The position numbers and the translations under genes are program-made. From IMG/VR virus record IMGVR_UViG_3300043425_000347: DNA of 64,000 nt; one strand, 5' to 3'. The notes under the pieces were generated by a model that saw only the letters and a list, made by a program, of their open reading frames with translations, made no database searches and had not been told where the DNA came from. The DNA is from an uncultured virus (IMG/VR IMGVR_UViG_3300043425_000347) (taxonomy: Duplodnaviria > Heunggongvirae > Uroviricota > Caudoviricetes). Shown here in pieces: positions 17,980 through 28,624 of the stretch. Each line of letters opens with the position of its first letter. Position 1 is the stretch's first letter.

Positions 17980-20900
17980 GCTGTTGTTGCAAGGAACTGC
18001 CGGGCGATTGCGGTTTTGGCTTTGTCCAGACGCTCCAGTTGAGCGTCCTTCTGCTCCGTCGTCAGGTTGGGCGCAGCCTTGATCTGGCGCTCCAGCTTTG
18101 CCAACTCGCCCAACTGTTTTTGCACGCTGCCCGAAATCGACGCAGCCGCCAGCTTGTCGGAGTATTCCTGAGCAAACGCCATCGCTTCAGCACGTTTGCC
18201 TTTCTCCACGAGGTCATTGAATGTGCCCTTGACCTGCCTGATCTCAGTCATGCGGTCGTAGGCCTCATCCAGCGTACCCCGGCCCTGCACAGGCTGGAAC
18301 AAACCGCCAATGAAAGGTGCCTTGCTGATCTTGGTAGTAGGCTCGGCAACCTCTGGCTTGTCGCCGGGAGCCAGTATCGGGTTGGCCAGCTGCACAAGCG
18401 CAATACCCAGACCGCCTGTGTAACCACGGATCAAGTAGTCGATCGTGATCGGGTTGAGTCCGATATTGCCTGTCACAGCGCCAATGGTTTTGGCCAGCTC
18501 GGTGGAGTTATCGCGGTAGCGCTGGGTGGGCAGCACGTCTTTCTCACGAACAGACTCAATGTCACCGCTGTAGAAGGACTTGCCCAGTATCACTTCTGTA
18601 AGCGGTTTAACGGCTTGGGGCAGGCTCAGCGGTACGGTTTGCAACGCAAGTCGGCCCAGACCCTTGATGGCAGCGTCTGCTTTGTCGTCTTGCATGGCCA
18701 TGTTGTAAACAGCCTCTGGCAATGCCTTGAACAAGAAGCCCATTTCAAACGGGATTGGTACACGCACAGGCTCGTCGATACCGGGCACATACACAAACCA
18801 GTTGGCAAGGCGCTCTTCAGGCTTGGCGCGTTTGTACGCCTCATCGTCTTCCATCAACATGGCGTAGGCAATTGTGCCTGCGGCCAAGAGAGCGCCACGA
18901 CGCGCCATCTTTCCGCGAATGTCGAGCTGCTGGCTGTAAGGCATGTCGCCTTTGAATGCGCGGTAGATGACATCCAGACCCTGCACCTGTGCGTTGAAGA
19001 ACGGGATCAGCGTGGACAGAGCTTGCATGCTTGGCGACACGCCACGGCGGCTGAAGTTCATCGACTCCAGCGTGCGCAGCAGCGCCTCTTGCTCAGACAT
19101 ACCCTTGGCCAGCGAGTCCTTGTAGATCACAGCACGGGTAGCGGCATCGCCTTGCAACGCAAAAGCATCGAGCTTACCGACAGCTTTGTCCCAACCAGAC
19201 TTGCCTGCCGACATGTCCTTGAGGAACTTGGACATATCCTGCTCATCGCCGCTGTAGACGTTGCTGCTGATTGCGCCTGTCTCCATGAGTTTTCGCTCGG
19301 CATCACTGCGGCCAGCCACCATTTTGGCCAGCTCTTTCATGGACGAGAGCACAGGCACGGCGTCAGTGCCGGTTGTCAGCCAAGCGTTCAGCGGGTCACG
19401 GATGATCTGGCGTACAGCGTAGGTGGGGTTGCGCACAACGAACGAGCGCAAAATGTTGGCCGGAATCCCCAGCAGCTTAACGATAGCAGGCAGCGTTGTC
19501 TTGATGCCCTCCATACCGCGCACGATCAACTCAGCCGGGATGCCGTAAGCGTCGGTATCAATCAGTGCGTAGTATGGCTCGCCCTTCTTGAAGAAGCGCA
19601 CCACGTTGGCTCCTGTCGGCCCGTTACCCGGCGCTACGCGGCTGGCGATGCCGAGCTTTTGCAGCATAAAGGAGGTCTCCTTCACGGCTTGGTTGCGCAA
19701 GCCCATGCCTGTGAGCATGAACGTGTTCTGCGCTGCGCTGGTAAAGATCGGCAAAATAGCGGTGTTGCCGCCAATCAGCTCTTTAAGCTGCGGCTGGTCC
19801 TTGATGTTGGCGATACGCACAGGGCGCTCTTTGTCCACCATCAACTGCACTTCACCGTTGTTGTTCACCCGGTAGAACGGCACGTAGTTGATTGATTTCA
19901 GTTCCGCCACTTTCTTGTCCGACAAAGCGCCTGTTTGTGCAAGGAAGTCCAGCAAACCTGCGTTGTACTGTTGATACAGCTTGGCCGCTTCTTCAAACGC
20001 TTTCTTGGCTTCTGGGTTGTTGTTCAGACGGGCAATAACGGCGTCGTACTCGGCCTTGGCTTGCGCAGGGCTGGAGAAGTTGAGCTTGTCCCAACCGACT
20101 TGCTGAGCACGCTTGCCTGCCACGTACAACGTGAACATGTTCTCCTGCTCCACGTCGTTAGACAACTTGGCCTTGTTAAGTGCCTGTGCAACGTCCACCA
20201 TCGACACGCCTTTGGTGCTGCGGTACACCGTTTCAGTGCCGCCGTTCTTGCGTGTGATCTCGGCTTTGACCGGACCGTTGGTCAGGAACTGCCCCGCAAA
20301 CTGGCTGCGCTGCTGGCCAAACCGCAGTAAGTAGTTGGCGTTGGTAGCCTCCAGACTGCTGATAACCCCGGCATTCATGCCCTTTTTAGTAGCGGCTTCC
20401 AAAGCTGCGTACTGGTCAATGAACTGCACACGCCCCGCCAAACCCATGATGTTGCCGAGCAAGGTGTCCACAACGCCCGGCTCACGAGCAACTACAGACG
20501 ACGAGTTGACTTGCTTGCGGGCAAACGAGAACACGCCTTTCTTGTCCTCCTGCACGCCCACATCTTTGGGAGCAAAACGGCGCTCTTCAGGAGCTTCAGT
20601 AAAAGGCTGATCGTAAGGCGGGTTGCCAACACGCTTGGGCGCAATCAACTGCCCTTCTGGGTACACAACGTCCGCGCCTGTGGCAGCCTTAATGACTTTT
20701 GCCATTTTGTCGAAGGCTTCGCGTGAGTACTTGTTGGCCTCCAACACTTCAGGTATAGCCTCCTTAAATGCGGTTTTATAATCACCGTCACGGTTGGCGT
20801 CGGCTATATCGGTGTTGTTGAGTAGTTGGTCAATTGTTTCAGAACCAAACTCTTTTTCTAGCGCTTTGTAAAACTTTTCAAGCGCCGGTTTTGTAATGTC

Positions 20901-23900
20901 TTTATACACCGCAGTTTGGGCAGGTGTTCCTTCGCCGCGTCTAACGCGTCGGAGGTCTGCAAAACCAATCCCCTTGGCTTCAAGCGCGTCGTCGATGGCT
21001 TCACTTGCGCTACCGGCATAAGCGCGTGTAATGCCGCGAGTGTCATCCACAGTAGCTACATATTTGGTGTCAGGCAAATCCAACGTCAAACTACCCAGAC
21101 CACGCGAAAGCATTACCAACTCAACGGTTGTGGGGCCTTCAATCACACCAGACGCGTCTTCATAACCGCGCACTTCTTTTACGGTGGCGTTGGGCGGCAG
21201 TACGATTTTTGCAGGTGCGCCACTAAATTCGCGTCTAAAGAATGTCACCTCTTTGACCGTTTTTAGTGAGGGCAGTACCAACTCCCCTTTGAACATGCTC
21301 AGTTCTTGCACGTCTGTAAGGTTTGGAAACGTAACAGCTTCAGCCGGTTTGCTGCCGTAGCTAAACACCGACAAAACAAGTTCCTTAGCTGCTTTCAAGT
21401 TTTCTGTAGTGGCGTTGTACTTCTTGCCCGCAAACTCTACTTCGATACCTTTTTCAGCCGTAGTTTCGTCGACACGAACCTCCGAAAAAACAAACTCGTT
21501 GTTGTCGTACGCACGCGATGCTGCTTCAAGGTACTGTTGGCCAAAAAACTTTACAACGCTATCGACAGGTTTTGGTCGGTTACCGTAACCATCAATCGTG
21601 CGGAACCTCAACAGTTTGTCTACTTCGTAAGCATCCACTTTACCGTCGCTACTGACAACAGAGTCTTCCCCCAACAAGTCTTTGACACCAAGTGTTGTTT
21701 CGCCTTTGGCCAATTTGACAAGCGCTTCACGGCGCTCAAACTCCGAGAGATACTCATCCGCGCTTTGAAAGTTATTTGCACGCAAGAAATTTGCAGCAAT
21801 TTTTTGTTGCTCAGGGTCAAGCGCTTGGTTTGGGTTGTTGCCGCGAACTTCGCCAATACGGTCTTGCCCATTCATACGTACTGCAACTTCAGGACGCCCC
21901 TTGTTGTAGTAGACGTAGAAATCGCCGCCCTCAATTTGATTGCGGGCAGTACCGACGCTTGCGCCTGTACACCACGGCGTGCCTGCGCAGCCTGCGTTCA
22001 ACTCAATCGCTGCTTTTTCAATTTTTTCACCGATATTGCCTCCCCTGAACGGCAAGTAACCGTTTTCAACAAGCGCTTCAATCAAGTCGTCCATGTTGTT
22101 CTGCCCCGTGTCAGGGCCGAACTCAAGTCCGTTCTTTGCTGCTGCCGCTTCGGCGTCAATAACTTCGGCATTGGTATACAGCGTGGCAAGCAAAGGTGTA
22201 TCGCCGCCCGCCTGCTCAAACTTTTTCCAGCCGTTTTTGCGCTCGTTGTTCTTGGCGTTGTCATCAGCGTTTTTCTGCAAGCCGTCCAAGAAGGCTTGTT
22301 TGAGGTTCTTGCCTGCACGCAGCTGCTCAATAATAGCGTCTGCGTCTTCTTTTCCGACCACAGCAATGTTGTGTCGGTTATTGGACGCCAGTTCGGCCAG
22401 ACGCAGCTTACCGTCTTTACCGGACAGCACCGCATACTTGGATGCGGCTTTCATAACCAACGCCGTTTCTGCAAAGGTGTAGTTGTCGTAGTTGTCTACA
22501 AAAAATTGAGCCAGACTTGTAAAGTCGTCTTTGCGTTGCTGTGCAATAGCGGCGGCTTCGCGTCGGCGCAACTGCGGATTGTTCATTGCTTCCAACGCAG
22601 CAAAGGTAGCTGGGGTTGCCTCAACGTAGTGCAGTGGGTTGTTCTCGTCGTACAGCTTTCCGTCCGACATAGTCGCCATTGCTTTGTAGTCCAGCGTATC
22701 TGCAGTGGGAACAGACAAAAGGTTGTCGAGGTCTTCACCCATGTCTTTTAATGCCTGCATGGCGATGCGCTCAACGTCTTCGGGCGTACGGTCTTTCTGC
22801 TTGATGAGTGGGCCGAACTGATCGGCAAACTGCTTCATCGAGTTAGTACCGTCGTGCAACGCAGCAATGTCTTTGGCTGACAGGTTCCGAGTAACGCGTG
22901 TTTCCTTGCGGCCTTTGCCCACCTTCGCGCTTGCCGGGATAAACAACTGATCGACCGCCACAACAGACGCGCCGAACATGGTTTCCACTTTCTGCAGGCC
23001 CAGCATGCGCATGATGATGGACTTGACTCCAGTCCATGCGTCCAGCATTTTCCAACGGCGCTGCGCCAGTTGCTTTTGCAGGTTGCGGTTGGACATCACT
23101 TCGGCCACAAACTCAGACAGGCTGCCCTTGGCGTTTTTGCTGGTGATCCCTTTGTCGTTTTTAACGCGAGCGTGCAGTGCCTTCAGCTCGTTGATAGCCA
23201 GCGTTTGTTCTTTTGTGAGCGCCTTGGGGTTTGTCTCAGATAGCTGCACAACGCGTTCAGCTGCCGCGTGTGTGGCTTCGTGCAGCAGCGTCTCAACCGA
23301 CAGACCGCCGTTGCGGTTCAGTTCAATCAGTTTGCTTGTTGCAGCGCCCAAAACTTCCTTGCCATCAGGGTCACGCAGGTCGTTTTCAATCTTGACTTTG
23401 GTGACATCGAGGAACGGCGCAAGACGCGCAGCCACAGCTTGGCTGAATTTATCCACCGATGGGTCTTTGCTGATAAGGCGCAGAGCACCTTGCACATCAC
23501 CTTTTTCAAGCAGAGAAACCACGTCACGATTCAATGCAACGCTTTCGGTCTCAACACCGCGCAGGTAGTCACGGCCTTCTTTTTCCGCATCAATCGCTTC
23601 TTGGAAGTCCTTGAGCGAACCGCGCTTGAGGCGCACTGCCCGGTCTTCGAGATCAGTCTGCGCACGGCTTTCAGGAGATGACGTTACCAAACGGCTTGGC
23701 GCTGCCGACTGTTTGCGCGTAACGGGGCCAGTGCGTTTGGTTGGGGCTTTCTGTGCGCCAACAACAGCATTTACGTTGGCGAGCGTTTTCTGGAAGTACT
23801 CGATCTGCTCTTTCAGCGTGGCCTTGTACTCAGGCGTGGCCTTGCCCAGCTCCATGGCTTTGTCGTTCAGCTGGTCAACCATACTGATCTGGAACTGATT

Positions 23901-26900
23901 AACAGCGGGGTCGTTCTTGCCGTACTTCTCTTTCAGAGCGGCATAACGCTTGGTCAAGTTGTCGCTTAACTTCTTGTACTCCGCCTCTTCCATACCCAGT
24001 TCACGCGCCAGATCGCGCATCTTCTGAGAGGTTTCGGCTTCTTTGCGCACATCCCCTGCGTTAATTCTTGCAGCAGTGGCGGTAGTGCGGGACTTGGCTT
24101 TTGGTCCCTTGGCAGCTTCGTCCGACTCCCGTGCCCTACGCTCAGCGATAGTGCTGGCTTTTTCCAGTGGCACGGTTTTGTACAGACTGTTGTACAACTT
24201 GGTAATCTGGTCACGGATGGGGGCTACTTGGCCTTCCACCAACTTGTACTTGTTGACCAGCGCGTCAATCTTGCGTTGAAGCTGGTACTTCTCAGCAGCG
24301 TCCATCTGGCGCTGAGCCGGGGCTTCGCCTTTACCCATCTTGGCCTGCAACGCAGCGGTCTTTTCCCGCATGTTGGGCGTGGCCACACCGGCTTCCAGCT
24401 GCGCAACCAATGCGGCGTGCTGCGCGGCCAAATCTACGAGCTGCTCGTACAGGGATTGTTTGGCGTTGCCTTGCTTGGTCGTAACCTTTTTGGACAGTTC
24501 TTCGACGTCCTGCATGACGCGCTCATACTCAACGGCGGCTGGACCGCCTTTGTCGTAAAGGGCTTGCAGTTCCCGGTCAGGGTATGTGCCGTTCTTAAAC
24601 AGTGCCTGCTGCCGAGCGTCGTACAGTTTGGAGAACAAGTCAGCGCGTTCGCGCTTGACGCTTTGCAGAGGTTCGCCTTCGCCTTTCTCGACAGTACGGG
24701 TCTTACCGCCAGCTTCTTCTGGGGCAAACGTAACTCTGGCTGCACGCTCGGAACCACCCAAACCAGCGCGGTTCTCCAACACATTGATCAGCTTCTCGCG
24801 CTCACTGAGGTTTTGGTCGAGGGCTGCACGCAGCGCCATAGTATCGGCGTGGGACGCAATGTCGTTGATTACCTTCGAGTTGCCGTTTTGGATTGCCGTG
24901 TTCAGAATGTTGGCCGGACTGAAAATGTCCAGCACTGCAGGCTTAAGTAGTGGGCGACCCATATCCTCTTGCGCCCGCGCCACTGTGTTTTGCGCTTGGT
25001 TGAGCGCATCCACCGCGCCAAAGATTTGGGTTGTGTCTTTGGTTTTGACCGCTGCATCCAGCGCTTGCTGTGCAGCATCCACGCCGGTCTGCGCAGTCTG
25101 TACTGCCGCCAGTTCTTGAGGTTTGTCAGAGGGCAGCGGTGCAGCTTCTGCAGCCGTTGCTGGGAAAGGCGTGATGGGTTTGCCTGTAGGCGACACATAC
25201 TGTACGCCACCGCCTTCGGGTTGTGCGGGCTCTTCCAGCCCCAGTTCACGGTTCTGGCCAGCTTTTGTACGGAAATCGTTTAGCTCTTGCAGGAAGGGAG
25301 CGCGGGCTTGCAGATCACGCACAACTTCGGCTTGCTTTGCAGCCGCTTCAAAGTCACCAATCTCAAGCAGACGCAAGCGCTCTTTCTCGGCAGCGGCCAG
25401 CTTCTTGGCAAACTCTTTTTCGGTGTCTACGACACCACCGCGCTCATCAATGATCGGGGCCATTTCAGCCATGCGAGCCATGATCTGGCTGCGCTGCTGG
25501 GTCAAAGCCGTCTGGGTATCGAGGTCTGGGCCTGCGGCCAGTTGCTGCTCAACTGCGGCCACTTGGTTGCGCAAGTTGTCGTACTCATTCATCAGACGCG
25601 AGGTGTCTGACAACTGGAAGGGTTGTGCGCCGGGGATGTCAGAAGGCAGTGGCAGCTTTGCTGCGGTCTGGCCGGGTACTGACTGCCCCTCAAGCTGCGC
25701 TTGCTGGTCTTCGTACAGTTTGTCGAGCGCACCCTTGCGTTGCATAAACTCTTGGCGCAGGGGTTTGTAGGCAATCAGCAATTCATCGCGCTTGGCTTTG
25801 AGCGCTTCGTACGCCTGCTTTTGTTCTTCTGTCGCACCCTTCTTGGGCTTGGCAGCGTTGAGCTGTGCGTTCAGGGCTTTGAGTTGCTGATCCGCTGCGC
25901 GGAAGTCAGTGTCAAGCTGGCGCAGGGCTTCGGGCGTATTCTTGGCAGCTTCGGCTGCGGCAGCTGCATCGGCCTGTTCTTGTTGCTGCGCAGCTTCGGC
26001 TTGTTTCTTGGCACCGCTACGCTCAAACGCACGACCAAAAGGCGCTGCCGCCCCGCCAAGCACAGCACCACCAATAAAGCTATCAACGTATTCTTTGCGG
26101 GCCTCGGGGTCGGTGATGCTCAAGCCCGCTTGCAGTCGCTCAAGCGACTGTTGCACAGCTTCCGTCAAGCCTTCACGCGTCATTGCGGTGCCAGTTTTTG
26201 CTGCATAATCCGCAACGGTTTTGCCCAGTGTTTGGGAGGCAATGGCTTTTGCCTGCTCATTTGTGAGTTTGGAACCCACGGAGCCAAACAGCTTGCCCAC
26301 ACCGGGCAGCAACGCCATGGCAGCGGTATCAAGCAGGGCTTGCGGAACCGCAGCGCCAACAGCTTTGCCGAGGCTGGCTTCTTGCAGCGACTTGCCTTCG
26401 TCCATCTGACGGGCAATGTTGGAGCCAGTAAACTGGCCCGTAGACACAGCGCCAGCGCCCAGCAAACCCAAACCTGCAGCGACCGGGGCCGATACTGGAG
26501 CGGCTAACGCCGCAGCGCCTGCGGCAACAGGAGCCACCATGTAGGGCAACGAGCCACCAAGGGTTTCGCGGAACTTTAGGAAGGGGGCTTCGGTCCAGCC
26601 TTTTTCAGTGGGCGTGAAACGCTCGGCTGCTTTGGCTTCTTGCTGCTTTTGATACGCCTCGGCCTCGGCGATGTCTTTGAACCCCAACTTAGCAGCCGTC
26701 AAGGCCGTCTGTCCCTTGAGGCGCTCAAGCCCTGCAGAGGCGGCGGCTTTAAGACCGGAAGTGTCTTGCCGGGGCTTTTCTGCCCCGAAACCAAAAGCGT
26801 CGGGATACAGCCTAATCGCCGCTTGCATTGCATCGGCGGGGGTCTGCCCCTCCTTCATTTCAAACGAAGAACCGTCAGGGAGGGTCAGGTATTTGGCCAT
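17970..26900 (-). CDS. giant internal virion / polyvalent protein with a zincin metallopeptidase and a C-terminal LPD38-like domain
   Basis: 2976 aa; HEATH...EFVAE; GTPWCTG domain; C-terminal NFSRRG...PFFNAQVQG...IPFEMG. Confidence 0.75.
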   Translation of the reverse strand: MAKYLTLPDGSSFEMKEGQTPADAMQAAIRLYPDAFGFGAEKPRQDTSGLKAAASAGLERLKGQTALTAAKLGFKDIAEAEAYQKQQEAKAAERFTPTEKGWTEAPFLKFRETLGGSLPYMVAPVAAGAAALAAPVSAPVAAGLGLLGAGAVSTGQFTGSNIARQMDEGKSLQEASLGKAVGAAVPQALLDTAAMALLPGVGKLFGSVGSKLTNEQAKAIASQTLGKTVADYAAKTGTAMTREGLTEAVQQSLERLQAGLSITDPEARKEYVDSFIGGAVLGGAAAPFGRAFERSGAKKQAEAAQQQEQADAAAAAEAAKNTPEALRQLDTDFRAADQQLKALNAQLNAAKPKKGATEEQKQAYEALKAKRDELLIAYKPLRQEFMQRKGALDKLYEDQQAQLEGQSVPGQTAAKLPLPSDIPGAQPFQLSDTSRLMNEYDNLRNQVAAVEQQLAAGPDLDTQTALTQQRSQIMARMAEMAPIIDERGGVVDTEKEFAKKLAAAEKERLRLLEIGDFEAAAKQAEVVRDLQARAPFLQELNDFRTKAGQNRELGLEEPAQPEGGGVQYVSPTGKPITPFPATAAEAAPLPSDKPQELAAVQTAQTGVDAAQQALDAAVKTKDTTQIFGAVDALNQAQNTVARAQEDMGRPLLKPAVLDIFSPANILNTAIQNGNSKVINDIASHADTMALRAALDQNLSEREKLINVLENRAGLGGSERAARVTFAPEEAGGKTRTVEKGEGEPLQSVKRERADLFSKLYDARQQALFKNGTYPDRELQALYDKGGPAAVEYERVMQDVEELSKKVTTKQGNAKQSLYEQLVDLAAQHAALVAQLEAGVATPNMREKTAALQAKMGKGEAPAQRQMDAAEKYQLQRKIDALVNKYKLVEGQVAPIRDQITKLYNSLYKTVPLEKASTIAERRARESDEAAKGPKAKSRTTATAARINAGDVRKEAETSQKMRDLARELGMEEAEYKKLSDNLTKRYAALKEKYGKNDPAVNQFQISMVDQLNDKAMELGKATPEYKATLKEQIEYFQKTLANVNAVVGAQKAPTKRTGPVTRKQSAAPSRLVTSSPESRAQTDLEDRAVRLKRGSLKDFQEAIDAEKEGRDYLRGVETESVALNRDVVSLLEKGDVQGALRLISKDPSVDKFSQAVAARLAPFLDVTKVKIENDLRDPDGKEVLGAATSKLIELNRNGGLSVETLLHEATHAAAERVVQLSETNPKALTKEQTLAINELKALHARVKNDKGITSKNAKGSLSEFVAEVMSNRNLQKQLAQRRWKMLDAWTGVKSIIMRMLGLQKVETMFGASVVAVDQLFIPASAKVGKGRKETRVTRNLSAKDIAALHDGTNSMKQFADQFGPLIKQKDRTPEDVERIAMQALKDMGEDLDNLLSVPTADTLDYKAMATMSDGKLYDENNPLHYVEATPATFAALEAMNNPQLRRREAAAIAQQRKDDFTSLAQFFVDNYDNYTFAETALVMKAASKYAVLSGKDGKLRLAELASNNRHNIAVVGKEDADAIIEQLRAGKNLKQAFLDGLQKNADDNAKNNERKNGWKKFEQAGGDTPLLATLYTNAEVIDAEAAAAKNGLEFGPDTGQNNMDDLIEALVENGYLPFRGGNIGEKIEKAAIELNAGCAGTPWCTGASVGTARNQIEGGDFYVYYNKGRPEVAVRMNGQDRIGEVRGNNPNQALDPEQQKIAANFLRANNFQSADEYLSEFERREALVKLAKGETTLGVKDLLGEDSVVSSDGKVDAYEVDKLLRFRTIDGYGNRPKPVDSVVKFFGQQYLEAASRAYDNNEFVFSEVRVDETTAEKGIEVEFAGKKYNATTENLKAAKELVLSVFSYGSKPAEAVTFPNLTDVQELSMFKGELVLPSLKTVKEVTFFRREFSGAPAKIVLPPNATVKEVRGYEDASGVIEGPTTVELVMLSRGLGSLTLDLPDTKYVATVDDTRGITRAYAGSASEAIDDALEAKGIGFADLRRVRRGEGTPAQTAVYKDITKPALEKFYKALEKEFGSETIDQLLNNTDIADANRDGDYKTAFKEAIPEVLEANKYSREAFDKMAKVIKAATGADVVYPEGQLIAPKRVGNPPYDQPFTEAPEERRFAPKDVGVQEDKKGVFSFARKQVNSSSVVAREPGVVDTLLGNIMGLAGRVQFIDQYAALEAATKKGMNAGVISSLEATNANYLLRFGQQRSQFAGQFLTNGPVKAEITRKNGGTETVYRSTKGVSMVDVAQALNKAKLSNDVEQENMFTLYVAGKRAQQVGWDKLNFSSPAQAKAEYDAVIARLNNNPEAKKAFEEAAKLYQQYNAGLLDFLAQTGALSDKKVAELKSINYVPFYRVNNNGEVQLMVDKERPVRIANIKDQPQLKELIGGNTAILPIFTSAAQNTFMLTGMGLRNQAVKETSFMLQKLGIASRVAPGNGPTGANVVRFFKKGEPYYALIDTDAYGIPAELIVRGMEGIKTTLPAIVKLLGIPANILRSFVVRNPTYAVRQIIRDPLNAWLTTGTDAVPVLSSMKELAKMVAGRSDAERKLMETGAISSNVYSGDEQDMSKFLKDMSAGKSGWDKAVGKLDAFALQGDAATRAVIYKDSLAKGMSEQEALLRTLESMNFSRRGVSPSMQALSTLIPFFNAQVQGLDVIYRAFKGDMPYSQQLDIRGKMARRGALLAAGTIAYAMLMEDDEAYKRAKPEERLANWFVYVPGIDEPVRVPIPFEMGFLFKALPEAVYNMAMQDDKADAAIKGLGRLALQTVPLSLPQAVKPLTEVILGKSFYSGDIESVREKDVLPTQRYRDNSTELAKTIGAVTGNIGLNPITIDYLIRGYTGGLGIALVQLANPILAPGDKPEVAEPTTKISKAPFIGGLFQPVQGRGTLDEAYDRMTEIRQVKGTFNDLVEKGKRAEAMAFAQEYSDKLAAASISGSVQKQLGELAKLERQIKAAPNLTTEQKDAQLERLDKAKTAIARQFLATTAQR

Positions 26901-26951
26901 GGCAAGTGTTCCGAATTGTGTGCGCCCGTAAGGTGGGCGCGTCCCCGCATT

Positions 26952-28616
26952 TTAAGGCTGTTTGCGAATAGGTCCAGTAGCTTTTTCAGTTACAGGGGCC
27001 GCGCCCAGTTGAGAGAAAACAGACTTACTCATCAAAAACTGCGTCATGGCTTTCTGTGGGTCCATCGCCAGAGTCGGATTTGCTTTCAGGAAGTCGTTGT
27101 ACTGGGCCATAACGTCTTCGTTCTTACCCTGCATTGCCCGATAAGCCGCCATCAAGCGGGGGTCCGCCTCCACCGCTCTCAACACCTCTAGCTGGTTGTT
27201 GCGGTTTCCTGCAGCCGCCCGAACATTCTGGCCCTGCTCTTGCAGTTGTGCAATACCGATACGTGTACGGAGGTCCAGACGCTTGAGCGCTTCCTCTCGG
27301 CTGATCTTGTGCATATCCATGTCGGCTTTGAGCAACAACTCCAGCCCTGCAGCCTCTTCGGTTTTGATCGCGGACATAGCTTTGAGCTTTTCTCGGGCGG
27401 ACATTTCACCGCGCTGGGCGTTAAGGTCGTCCAGACGATCACGCGCATCCGACAGCTTTTCCTTGGCGGCGTTGAGTTTATCCATGCCTGCTGCGTACTG
27501 TTTAGAGCCGACGTCAACACCCCTACCGATAGCCGTGCCCAGACTGCCCGGAGTGGACATGATGGCTGCGCCTGCCTGCAACAGCGCCAGCCCCATGTTC
27601 TGATCCTTCATTTTGCCCAGCTCGCCTTCGCGTTTGGACAGGCGTTCTTCGCGGCCCTTGTAAATATCCGAAAACTTTTTGTGGATGGCGTCCAATCCTT
27701 CCGCCTCTTCCCTACGCGCTTGCACGCGGGCATTTGTCAGGTCCGTAATCTTTTGCGAAAAAACACTATCTGTAGAGGCAGGTGCAGGAGCGCCGTCAAG
27801 AGCTTTAAGCAACGCGTCAAACCCGGTTTCTTTTTTTGCAACGGGCTCTGCCGCAGGGCCTTTCCGGCCAGTATCGGCAGTGGGCGCGGTACCGGAAGTA
27901 ATCAGCGGCTGCGCGGTTGCGGCTACCCCCGGCTTCATACGCGGGTCTTCTTGACGTCGGAAGTTGGGGTCGGTTGGGGACGGCTTGGGCTGCATACTGG
28001 CTTTCAGTGCGTCCAACTGCGCCTGTGCCGCTTGGGCTTGCGGCGCTTTAGCAGCTTTTAAAAAAGCCGTCTGTTGTTCCAATTTAGCCAGCTGCTTGCG
28101 TCTTGCTTCTTCGGCTGCGCGAAGTTCAGCCGCCGCTGCTTGTTCAGGGCTCATTCCGCCAAAGCCACTGAACTCCCCCGTCAAAGAACCAAACTCGCCA
28201 GAGTAACGCTCAACATCACCACCGTCAGCAAACGCAACGATGCCGCCACCTGCGAAGTTCATATCGCCTGCGGGGAGCTGGCCAATACCCATATCTTCAG
28301 GCATCTGCTGGGACTTCTGTCCTGTGAACTCTTTGTACTCGGCTTCTTTCCGCGCATCAAGCATCTGCGCCAGTCTTGCAAGCTGCTCTGGGTTTGCGCC
28401 CTGCATGTCACCCATGCGGGCGATTTCTTGATCAACCACCTTGGGCTGCTCTTGCATCTCACCCTGACCGGCAGCACGCATTTCTTTGCGGCGGTTGGAC
28501 TCCGACATGGCCAGCGCCATGATGTAGGGGTCGTTCTTGTGCATCTGCGCATACTGCTGCAGCTGCTGGTCAGGCAACTTGGCCAGCGTGGAGGTGATTT
28601 TGTTGACGTCGATCAT
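26952..28616 (-). CDS. internal virion (ejection) protein
   Basis: Helical Ala/Gln-rich protein in the ejection cluster; FAGGGIVAFADGG. Confidence 0.6.
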   Translation of the reverse strand: MIDVNKITSTLAKLPDQQLQQYAQMHKNDPYIMALAMSESNRRKEMRAAGQGEMQEQPKVVDQEIARMGDMQGANPEQLARLAQMLDARKEAEYKEFTGQKSQQMPEDMGIGQLPAGDMNFAGGGIVAFADGGDVERYSGEFGSLTGEFSGFGGMSPEQAAAAELRAAEEARRKQLAKLEQQTAFLKAAKAPQAQAAQAQLDALKASMQPKPSPTDPNFRRQEDPRMKPGVAATAQPLITSGTAPTADTGRKGPAAEPVAKKETGFDALLKALDGAPAPASTDSVFSQKITDLTNARVQARREEAEGLDAIHKKFSDIYKGREERLSKREGELGKMKDQNMGLALLQAGAAIMSTPGSLGTAIGRGVDVGSKQYAAGMDKLNAAKEKLSDARDRLDDLNAQRGEMSAREKLKAMSAIKTEEAAGLELLLKADMDMHKISREEALKRLDLRTRIGIAQLQEQGQNVRAAAGNRNNQLEVLRAVEADPRLMAAYRAMQGKNEDVMAQYNDFLKANPTLAMDPQKAMTQFLMSKSVFSQLGAAPVTEKATGPIRKQP

Positions 28617-28624
28617 GGCCTACC

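Noticed and set aside
17964..19895. Long + strand ORFs opposite late genes (e.g. 17964..19895, 21306..22751, 52606..54282) and - strand ORFs opposite replication genes
   Set aside because: They are antisense shadows of GC-rich real genes, with no RBS or recognisable motifs.
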